Positions 12,779-21,956 of a stretch of DNA of 43,944 bases are shown in pieces. The notes under the pieces were generated by a model that did no database searches, was not told the DNA's origin, and saw nothing but the letters and a program-made list of their open reading frames with translations. This DNA comes from Nemertoderma westbladi. Taxonomy: Eukaryota > Animalia > Xenacoelomorpha. Every line of letters begins with the position of its first letter. The first letter of the stretch is position 1. Both the position numbers and the translations under genes were made by a program. The DNA lies in the NCBI GenBank assembly GCA_032718475.1, contig JAUCBJ010004139.1:1-43944 (forward strand), in the 5' to 3' direction.

Positions 12779-13300
12779 TCACGAATATAACATTGTCTGC
12801 AGCAAGGAAATCCTTCCCGGGTATTCCCAACCCGGTGTGTGCTGCACCTGATCAAACCATCGCACTACATTAATCAGCTGCTCCTGTTGTTGTCTGGTCA
12901 ACCTCACAAGGTAACGACGTATTCCGGCGCACACCACAAGATCGGCGACTGTCAGCTTATGTCCGGTTAAGTAGACCCGACTTGTCAAATGAGCGTCAAG
13001 AATATCCAATATATGTTTGTCTGAATCTACATTCGTGTCAATTTCTGTTACGCGAAACTCCAACCATTGGTAAATCAAGGCCTCTGTTATGGGATTATGT
13101 GAGTTTTCCAGCCACTGCTGAGCGGTTTCGGAAGTGCGAGCGAGGTGTGAGGATATGGTGGCGAGGCCCCTGACCACTTTACCGTTGTCTAATGTAAGAC
13201 ATGGTTTTCCATTTTGAGAAATGATTTTTGGTTTGGCTTCGTGACCAAATAAGAATGATAAAGCGTAGAGTTCCTTTACTGAGTCAGCTTCTGTTATCAT
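12779..13300 (-). CDS. EEF1E1: Eukaryotic translation elongation factor 1 epsilon-1 / AIMP3 (p18; GST-like subunit of the multi-tRNA-synthetase complex), intronless
   Basis: 173 aa. GLATISSHL, QWLEFRVT, VYLTGHKLTVADL and NVVRWFDQVQHTPG align collinearly with AIMP3 along its full length. Confidence 0.9.
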   Translation of the reverse strand: MITEADSVKELYALSFLFGHEAKPKIISQNGKPCLTLDNGKVVRGLATISSHLARTSETAQQWLENSHNPITEALIYQWLEFRVTEIDTNVDSDKHILDILDAHLTSRVYLTGHKLTVADLVVCAGIRRYLVRLTRQQQEQLINVVRWFDQVQHTPGWEYPGRISLLQTMLYS

Positions 13301-13869
13301 GATGTCCGTTTACAAGTTTATAGACCAACTACTACAGTAGGCCTACTAAAGTACTATGCATGTATACCATACCATACAGCCGTACCGCACTCAAGGCGAC
13401 CTAGATATCTAGGCTGGCTTTGGCATTTGGTAACCTTTGTAGGCCTAGTTTTTTACAGTATTGAAAAGTTTTACATGTAGGCTGGAAACTTTCGGCGCAG
13501 CATTTCAACTTGCGCAGGTACTGACGCAGACAGGTAGCGGTAAGGTGTAAGGTACTGTGTGCAGGGCAGGTCCCATCTCCCAGGTCATGCAAGTAAATAA
13601 TATGCCTAATCAGATAATTGAAAACGCCTACCAGCCTACCATTCGGCTTATGCTGTTATGTAAGAGCAGAATAGCCAATGCTGCAATGGCAATGCGCCGG
13701 AAATTCCACAAAATGCCCCGGATTACCGGTACTGCAGTACTGTAGACCAGATAGCAGGATAGAGATAGCTGTAAGCAGTTAGTGGTTAGGGAAAGGATAT
13801 ATCTGTATATGATTAATTTGGGTTTTGGCCTGACCAAAAAACCAACTAACCCTAACCAATAAACAAACC

Positions 13870-14012
13870 AGACACCTGGTGCAGACACCTGGTGCAGAGC
13901 CTGATGCAGACACTGGCTCAGACGCTGGCGCCGCAGACACCTGGTGCAGACAGTGGTGCAGACAGTGGTGCAGACACTGGTGCAGACACTGGTGCAGGCA
14001 GTGGTGTAGACA
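13870..14012. repeat. 12-bp minisatellite (GCAGACAGTGGT)n, inverted relative to the 14630-15895 array
   Basis: It is the reverse complement of the ACCACTGTCTGC unit. Confidence 0.9.
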
Positions 14013-14104
14013 GGAAAGGAGCAGGTTATTAAAGGAGCAGGTTAGTAAAGGAGCAGGTTTCAGAGGAATAGTGGAGGAACCAAAAGAATAAACGTTATTG
14101 TTTT

Positions 14105-14185
14105 GCGGGCTAAGAATACCCACGGGCAAGAATACTCGCGGGCTAAGAATACTCGCGGGCTAAGAATACTCGCGGGCTAAGAATT
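14105..14185. repeat. 17-bp tandem repeat (AAGAATACTCGCGGGCT), about 4 copies
   Basis: Visible directly. Confidence 0.85.
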
Positions 14186-14629
14186 CCTGAGACCTTACTG
14201 TAGTTAGTGAATGTATATCCCCAGCATGAGACAATAACTTAATTAGCTCGTTTTATTATAATAAGCAGTGGCTCCAGTTAAGGTAAACAAATTAAGCATT
14301 CTCTGTATAAAGTAGGTTATGTATAAACAATCAAACACTGTCGCTTAAACCTCATTCCTTGGAGACATTGCTGCTTACATTATTGTTTATATGAAAACGG
14401 GAATACCGATTAGTTACTTTCGTAAACACCACTTTATAATTATTTGTAATCAGGGCACATTCACCCCCACGCATCCCGAATTGTACTACATACTTCCTCC
14501 CTACTTCATGTAGAACCTTTCAGTAGTTACTCGCATATTTGTAGATCATAAAGTCTATGATAAAATATAATATAATGTGCCTGGTGGTATTGTGTTTTGT
14601 GGTACTCTGGTATTTCAGTATTTTCAACA

Positions 14630-15895
14630 TGTGTCTTCACCAGTATCTGCACCACTATCTGCACCACTGTCTGCACCACTGTCTGCACCACTGTCTGCAC
14701 CACTGTCTACACCAGTGTCTGCACCACTGTCTGCACCAGTGTCTGTACCACTGTCTGCACCACTGTCTGCATCCGTGTCTGCACCAGTGTCTGCACCACT
14801 GTCTGCACACTGTCTGCACCAGTGTCTGCACCACTGTCTGCACCACTGTCTGCACCACTTTCTGCACCACTGTCAGCACCAGTGTCTGCACTACTGTCGG
14901 CACCACTGTTTGCAGCACTGTCTGCACCATGTGTCTGCACCACTGTCAGCACTACTGTCTGCACCACTGTCTGCACCACTGTCTGCACCACTGTATGCAC
15001 CACTGACCGCACCATGTGTCTACACCACTGTCTGCACTACTGTCTGCACCAGTGTCTGCACCAGGGCTACAACACGTGTCTGCACCAGTGTCTGCACCAC
15101 TGTCTGCACCAGCATCTGCACCAGGTGTCTGCACCAGTGTCTGCACCACTGTCTGCACCAGTCTGCACCACTGTCTGCACCAATGTGTCTGCACCACTGT
15201 CTGTACTACTGTCTGCACCACTGTCTGCACTACTGTCTGCACCACTGTCTGCACCAATTGTCTGCACCACTGTCTGCCCTACTGTCTGCACCACTGTCTG
15301 CACCACTGTCTGTACCAGAATCTGCACCACTGTCTGCACCACTGTCTGCACCACTGTCTGCACCACTGTCTGCACCACTGTCTGCACCACTGTCTGCACC
15401 ACTGTCTGCACCACTGTCTGCACCATGTGTCTGCACCACTGTCTGCACTACTGTCTGCACCAATGTCTGCACCAGGGTCTACAGCACGTGTTTGCACCAG
15501 TGTCTGCACCACTGTCTGCACCACTGTCTACACCAGTGTCTGCACCAGGTGTCTGCACCACTGTCTGCACCACTGTCTGCGCCACTGTCTGCACCATGTG
15601 TCTGCACCACTGTCTGCACTACTGTCTGCACCACTGTCTGCACTACTGTCTGCACCACTGTTTGCACCACTGTCTGCACTAGTGTCTGCACCACTGTCTG
15701 CACCAGTATCTGCACCACTGTCTTAACCAGTGTCTGCACCACTGTTTGCACCACTGTCTGCACCACTGTCTGCACCATGTGTCTGCACCACTGTCTGCAC
15801 CACTGTCTGCACCAGTGTCTGCACCAGGGTGTACAGCACGTGTCTGCACCACTGTCTGCACCAGTGTCTGCACCAGGGTCTACAGCAGTGTCTGC
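14630..15895. repeat. 12-bp minisatellite (CTGCACCACTGT)n, about 1.26 kb
   Basis: Visible directly. The unit has no stop in any frame, which generates the (CLHH)n, (SAPL)n, (TVCT)n and (VQTV)n ORFs. Confidence 0.98.
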
Positions 15896-16111
15896 TTAAC
15901 GTTTACACCCCCCAATCGATAGATTACAGTATATGTTCCGCTAATTATCCGCCGGAGATAACAAATTCGGCTAAACAAAAAAATAAATTAATAAACACAG
16001 ATGGATGCAGCTGTTGTGTAGCAAATAATAACGATTTCCAATAAGCATTACCGCCGCTAGGTGGGGTTAAAATTGTTTGGAACCGCGGTAACCAAGTCTG
16101 GAAATGTAGGA

Positions 16112-16761
16112 TGTTCGCGCTTTCAGACCTTTAGCAGTTTAACCTGCCAAATTGGGATGTCTTTTAGATGATAGATCGTCTTTAGCCTATGACAAGTATT
16201 TGATACACTACATTAGCCGAAGCCAGTCTATGCGCGATCATTCACCCGCTGGATATACCCGGGAGACTGGATTCGGAAGCCTAACCGTATTGCGGGGTAG
16301 GCCTACTGTATTATTCGAGTGATCGTAATATATAATCTCTGACAAATATTATTCACTTTCGGGAAATATTAACAGTTCCTTTAGGACGTGGCGCTCTAAA
16401 TATGTAAACAGAGTTATGACTTAAACTAGACACAACGGGATGGCTATAGATTCACGTATATGGCGCATTCTTTAGGAGATACTTTGTTATCAGTCACAAT
16501 CATACACAATACTGCACAATGCTGCACACTAATCTGCCGACCTTCACTAAATTTAGTCACATATAAAGAGAACAACAGACAATACATGTAGGGCTTATGA
16601 AATAGCATTAGATTCACTTCAAACCACTTTAATGTAAGTCGCAATCGTTATATGTAACCGGTCTCTCTAACCTTTAGTATATCAAGAAGATTGGGGTGTC
16701 TGATTATTTATCAGTATTCCAAATATAATATTCCATCAACAAATATAATGAATAACCGACA
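16112..16761 (-). repeat. 3' LTR (650 bp)
   Basis: TGTTCGCG...AACCGACA. By eye it differs from 33792-34442 by 2 substitutions and 1 single-base indel. Confidence 0.92.
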
Positions 16762-17374
16762 GTAAATAGCAGTAAAATGTTAAGTTAAGTTTGATTGATC
16801 GATTTGGTTAGGTATGATTAGTTAAGTGTGTTATGGTTCGGATTGTTTGATAACAGATATACGTTCTATAATTAAGCCTACTAATGTTGGGCTAAAGACT
16901 GAAACACGGAGGTTCCAAAGCCGGTGTTCTAGGCTGTGGACAAAATCATATACTGACTCAACTCCACGAGTTTCTATATACAATCTCTAAAGCAGAGGCA
17001 AAAAACGCTCTGATTGGTCGACCGAACAAAGAAGGAACAGAGAACAAAGAAAAAGCTCCACGTGTACAGCATCAGCTGTTAGCCGTCGTCATGGTAGCTA
17101 CACTGTTTCAAGAGGATCTGGCGTATTGCGTCATAGATTTGCTAATTATGTCCGCTAAAGTACACATACAGAAGAAATGGCTTTTATGTCCTCTAAAACA
17201 CCAGTACAGTAAGGACACGGCCTTTTATGCCTGTTAAACCAACTACAGAGTACTTTACGGGGAAAATAACCGGCTAATTCCACAAAAGCCTTTACACCGC
17301 TCCCAGAAAATGGGATTTAAGTCTATAAAATATAACAAATCACAGTTTCTAAAATATAAAAATACTCTAAACAG

Positions 17375-18157
17375 TTAGTCTTTCTTACGCGGACGGCGTT
17401 TACGCAGTTTTTTGAGGCTAGCAAGAGTCCTTTTCTCTTTGGGGCGAGCCACTTTACTAGGAGGGCTGTAACTCCTGGGTGAAGGGTGCAATACAATTGC
17501 ATCAGAAGGTTTAGGATTACGATCGGTGTATCCGCCGGTCGAGGTACCTGGTTGATCGATATCAACTTCAGTGGAGCGAGGTCTAACGGCCTTTAGGGCG
17601 CGTCTTAGGACAGCAGCTCCTACGGGTCCTTGACGGGTCGTCTGGACAATGGCGGTAGGCGGACCGTGAGTGGTGAGAAACTTCCTCGGTTTAATGGTTC
17701 TTTCCAGCTCGCGTTCTCGGGCTCGATATTCGTAGGGGCGTCGAGATACTTCCTGTAACTCAGGGTGCGAGTTGATAAATAAATCGCCATACTCAGGGTC
17801 TTGACGGATGAAATTGATCAAATGGTATGAAGTAATATCGTTAGGATTGACGTTCCTAAGATATTTTCGAACAAATTTGGTGGAAATACACTCACCAACA
17901 CGCTTCATTAGTTCGTAACTCGGTGTGCGTGTTTTTTGTTCCACAGACGCGAATAGATAAGGATGGAACGCGTAAACTCCCTCGTAAGAGCGTCCAGGAT
18001 AGTAGCGATGGCGGGACTCACAATGTAAATCCACGTTCGCTTCCCAAGCTCGGATGTAGCGCAGGGTAATCATCTCATCTACGCTTTCTAAATCGCGGTT
18101 AAAGGGGCAATTATAACTGGCATGTCCTTTAAGTTGACAGTGGTGGCATTGGGTCAT
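17375..18157 (-). CDS. Accessory ORF (260 aa): N-terminal CCHC zinc knuckle and very basic C-terminus; probably the C-terminal half of a frameshift-split protein
   Basis: CHHCQLKGHASYNC fits CX2CX4HX4C, and the ORF ends KRTLASLKKLRKRRPRKKD. Its ATG overlaps the upstream ORF stop (ATGA). Long non-repetitive ORF within the LTRs. Confidence 0.65.
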   Translation of the reverse strand: MTQCHHCQLKGHASYNCPFNRDLESVDEMITLRYIRAWEANVDLHCESRHRYYPGRSYEGVYAFHPYLFASVEQKTRTPSYELMKRVGECISTKFVRKYLRNVNPNDITSYHLINFIRQDPEYGDLFINSHPELQEVSRRPYEYRARERELERTIKPRKFLTTHGPPTAIVQTTRQGPVGAAVLRRALKAVRPRSTEVDIDQPGTSTGGYTDRNPKPSDAIVLHPSPRSYSPPSKVARPKEKRTLASLKKLRKRRPRKKD

Positions 18158-19095
18158 AAATTGGGGCAGACTGCAAAAATATGCGAGTTATTAAGTCTGC
18201 AATACGCACAATAGATCTCCATCATCGGCTGTTCGTGGAAATAGGAGCAGGGTACGTCTGAGTCCATAGGGGTGAAATGGTCTCTCGATGCGCATAATCG
18301 ACAACGTTTTCGAGAAACATAGTTGGCGTGTCGATAATCGTATGCGGTGAGACATTGTGGACCTTGATACCACTCCAAGACGTAATCGTTATCGCTGCTC
18401 CGGGGCGCTGTAGGCTGGATCGCTTCAGACTCTAAGCAGATTGGTTCGTCTTCCAATTGCATAGCTGAGGTAGGTGCGGCTGTCTCCGCAAGCGGACCCA
18501 CTGTCTGAACTTCCACGACAGAATAACCCGTGGGTATTCGGGGTCTTTGTATAACAGATGAATGTAAGTTCTGTATACAAACGTCCTGAAAGAGGGCAAA
18601 TCCCGCGCTGTTTAGCTTCTCCGCAGCTGAGTCTCTTAGGCTGAGTTTGGTCAGAGCGCGGTCCTTGAACTGACTATCAACGTTACGGAACGGAGTCAGA
18701 AAGCGCCTGAAACATTCAAAGCGGATGAATTTATTGTGTTCATCTAACTTGGCGAGTTTGGTTCCAAGTATTAAGGGATGGGCGCGTATGGTACGACTGC
18801 ACACATCGGCTAGCCAACCGGCAAGTGCTGCGTTTTCAAAGATCGTGTATATAGCTAAGGAGGGACGAAGTGGAACACTCATAAAGCTATACACGGCGCC
18901 AGGTGCGGTCAATGGTCCATCAAAGTATAAACGAGAATAATGATCTCCATATACTTGTTGGTAATTTATAGGATTTCCAACCTTGAAATTCCATCCGTAT
19001 TCTTGAAAGGCAAGATGTCCGATGGAGGTTCGTTGTACTTTAGTAATGCCGCTGGGTGTATTGGCATACATAGTGCGGAAGAAACCAGGGGGCAA
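18154..19095 (-). CDS. Accessory ORF (about 305-313 aa) of unknown function ending in two Cys/His fingers
   Basis: Long, non-repetitive ORF; first ATG at MYANTPSG. C-terminal CRLCASRDH..C and CAYCRLNNSHIFAVC. No signal peptide or transmembrane segment evident. Confidence 0.65.
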   Translation of the reverse strand: MPPGFFRTMYANTPSGITKVQRTSIGHLAFQEYGWNFKVGNPINYQQVYGDHYSRLYFDGPLTAPGAVYSFMSVPLRPSLAIYTIFENAALAGWLADVCSRTIRAHPLILGTKLAKLDEHNKFIRFECFRRFLTPFRNVDSQFKDRALTKLSLRDSAAEKLNSAGFALFQDVCIQNLHSSVIQRPRIPTGYSVVEVQTVGPLAETAAPTSAMQLEDEPICLESEAIQPTAPRSSDNDYVLEWYQGPQCLTAYDYRHANYVSRKRCRLCASRDHFTPMDSDVPCSYFHEQPMMEIYCAYCRLNNSHIFAVCPNL

Positions 19096-19945
19096 TCAGC
19101 TGAGTATCCACGAAAGGGTATGGAATGTTCTCCATATTCCCGTCATATGCCTAATATGTCTTCCATTGATGGTAGTGGTAGAGAGCAGGGGAAGACCTAT
19201 GTCGTATTCAGAAGTATTCAGAAATAAGATCTCAGTAGGAGGATTGCATCATTCGATGACTATCTCCAAATGAATTTATCCCCAGTGATTAGGGGGTGAA
19301 CAACCAGATTTATGACACATAATGGTACCAGTTGTTCACAAACTATCCGCGTGTCCTTTCAGTCCTTGTATCACGGTTGTGGACTTAAGGAAATCATTGG
19401 TGGTTGATTTTCTAATCAACAACGAGAGGGTGGAAGTTGATATCATAAATATCAACAGAGTGTGACATGGACAGGAGGTGCGGACACCAATATGAGCATC
19501 CAGATTAATAGTAAGGGATAGGAGGTTTATTAAGAGGTGGTATAATCAATACCACGATACGGCAATGATTGGTCGATCGTCTCCCAAAGCTCCGAGCGCG
19601 TTGGGAAGAGAAGGTGGGACGAAGAATGTTGTATTTTCAATAGCGATGTATAGAGGGATAAGGGAAGTAAAGAGGAGGGAGGATATATGGTAGTATCCAT
19701 AAGATACCACAATGGACAAGTTTTCCGTCACGTCATCATTCATTCTTGCCTTTTAATTGTGACACTGATCACAATAATTACAGGAAAACGATGAAGGAAG
19801 AGAAAATTACAGCCTCCCGAAGGAGACCGCCCGCGAGCACCCGTGCCCCGGGGAAAACTATTCACATTATGGACCCTGGACATTAACCCATGTCTCTTCT
19901 CCAGTGGTTCTCCTCTATTTGTCTTTACAAGCCTTCTTCCACGTT

Positions 19946-20323
19946 CTATCTTTCGAGTTGATTTCGAATAGAATTCTCGTGTTCCATTCTCGGTTTATCG
20001 TTCCGACTCCGCTGGGTATGATATTTAAATAAAACCATTTCCCTTTCGGTGTCCACATCGTCCGTATCGTGTAAATCGATAGGATGGCCAGTAGTTAAGA
20101 AGTCCATATACGTACCATTACGATGCGTATAGCGAGCGGTGAACTTTCGATAGTCCACTTCACGCGTAAGTTGCTCCTGGGACATTGGCGGTTCGATATA
20201 ACGACCATCATTCTCCGTAGTAGTTGGACCAGCGTCGCCGCGTATCAAGCTATCGACAAACGCTTGTAAAGGTAGAGTATATCGCTTCCTGATACCAAGA
20301 TCATCTTCTATCAACTCAGTCAT
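19946..20323 (-). CDS. Small accessory ORF (125 aa), hypothetical
   Basis: ATG start, protein-like charged composition, same strand as pol, and TATATAAA about 35-40 nt upstream (20356-20363). Confidence 0.45.
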   Translation of the reverse strand: MTELIEDDLGIRKRYTLPLQAFVDSLIRGDAGPTTTENDGRYIEPPMSQEQLTREVDYRKFTARYTHRNGTYMDFLTTGHPIDLHDTDDVDTEREMVLFKYHTQRSRNDKPRMEHENSIRNQLER

Positions 20324-21145
20324 ATCTGCTATGAGTTTATCAATATTATAATGAGTTTATATATTAGGCTAGCGGGCGTCGCTGCCTACCCCTCTTTTGC
20401 CCCCGGACAGTGCAAGATCCTCAGCGCCGATGTACTGTCGTCGCTGTGCTTTCGCCAACGATGTAGCTACACAACGACAACGATAACCGGCACAAGTCAC
20501 TCCACTGTCCGTCCCAAAGGCTTAGATGTACTTCAGGTTCTTTCTGGAAAGTTAGGGCTACTTTCACAATTGCGACTAGCTACTGTAAACACACTTTAGC
20601 AGTAACATTCACCTATGAACGCACAAATTCAACACAACTGCCACAAACTGTACACATTCGGGCCATTTGTCCGTTAGTCAGTACCTTCCAGAATGTCACT
20701 TTATTTATTATGTATCCTTGGATACTAGCAGTGCGCTATTTATTCCCTATGCTATTCAATGGGGCAAGCTTTCTATTGTTCTTTTAACTCACTTCCAATT
20801 CTAGCGTGGTTGTTGCCATGGTGACATTAAGGAAAGCTAGCGGTAGAATTAGGGTAATTCTCATGCATACAGATCTGGGATGCTATTTAATAGTAATTCT
20901 TTAATGGTCAATATCCCCTTTATACATGATTTTATGAATTTTATCGGCTATTGACTATATATTGGAGATTCTCGCACACAAATACACTTAATAGAGTGAA
21001 TCTCCGCTCCCATGATCTATTAATTAATGGAATTTTGGGAATGTTATAAATTGTATAAAAATGACAATTTATTAAATTCATTGAAATATATGAATTTAAA
21101 TTTATTCCCGTAAATTTTATTATTTAATGTTAAATAGACACAATT

Positions 21146-21409
21146 TTATTCCAGAACGTGTCTGGGGACTGGGATCCTTGATTCTAGGAATTTTGTCTTT
21201 TTAAGAGTATCGGTAAGTGCTACGATATCTTAATCGACTAGAATTTTAAAGGATCTAAAATTTGACAGATTTTGTAAATATTAATAATTAATATTTAGGA
21301 TGGGCACCAGTTTATTCCAGAACTTGTCTGGGGACGTTAACCACTGATTCTAGAATTTTGTCTTTCAAGTATATCGGTGGGTGCCGCGATATCTTAATCG
21401 ACTAGAATT
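21146..21409. repeat. Two diverged ~100-bp direct repeats in the spacer between pol and the accessory ORFs
   Basis: TTATTCCAGAAC.TGTCTGGGGAC...GATATCTTAATCGACTAGAATT at about 21146-21246 and 21312-21409. Confidence 0.8.
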
Positions 21410-21956
21410 ACAGATGGTCAAAGGGTTTAACAGATTTATTTGCGTTGTACGCTACTGTTAAAGGGACATCACGCTACTATATGTATTATTTAATATACGG
21501 TATGAGAGCAATATCGCACGAAGCAATGTCAGTGAGAAGAGGCAAGTCGTTTCCAAGGTCTACCCAGAGCTTGGTTTAGCCGAGACACGAGGATCTGAAT
21601 TTTGCATTCCTAATACTCTGCTTACCAATAATACTTAAATATAGTAGGAGCTTTATTGTACTTTAACAAGTACGGACATTTCATCTTACTGTAGTTACGT
21701 ATTTGTAATGTAATACGGACAGTAAGGAAGGAGAAAAATAATTATTTCTCGCCGTCGCACTAAATATATAATATATAAGTAATTAAGTAATAAACGCGAA
21801 TATATTGCACTAATCTACTAAATAATCGCTAAAATAACATTCTACTAAATAAAATTAAAGAAAACGATTATAATAAAATTACATAATAATATATACATAA
21901 ATATAAAAGAAATAAAACAAATATAAAATATAGTCATACACCCACTCCAGCCGTTG

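Noticed and set aside
14577-16044. Many overlapping 60-440-aa ORFs
   Set aside because: The stop-free 12-bp repeat opens all six frames, and unit variants shift the frame.
16444-16644. 66-aa ORF duplicated at 34124-34324
   Set aside because: Non-ATG start, and the duplication merely reflects LTR identity.
18105-18215. Captured nanos zinc finger
   Set aside because: The CP.L linker is reminiscent, but the spacings do not fit nanos (CX2CX12HX10C-X7-CX2CX7HX4C).
19096-19945. Upstream extension of the accessory ORF
   Set aside because: The minus-strand frames I translated contain several stops; only short hydrophobic ORFs are present, so coding status is unsupported.
17375-20323. env gene
   Set aside because: No signal peptide, transmembrane anchor or glycoprotein-type cysteine pattern in the long ORFs.
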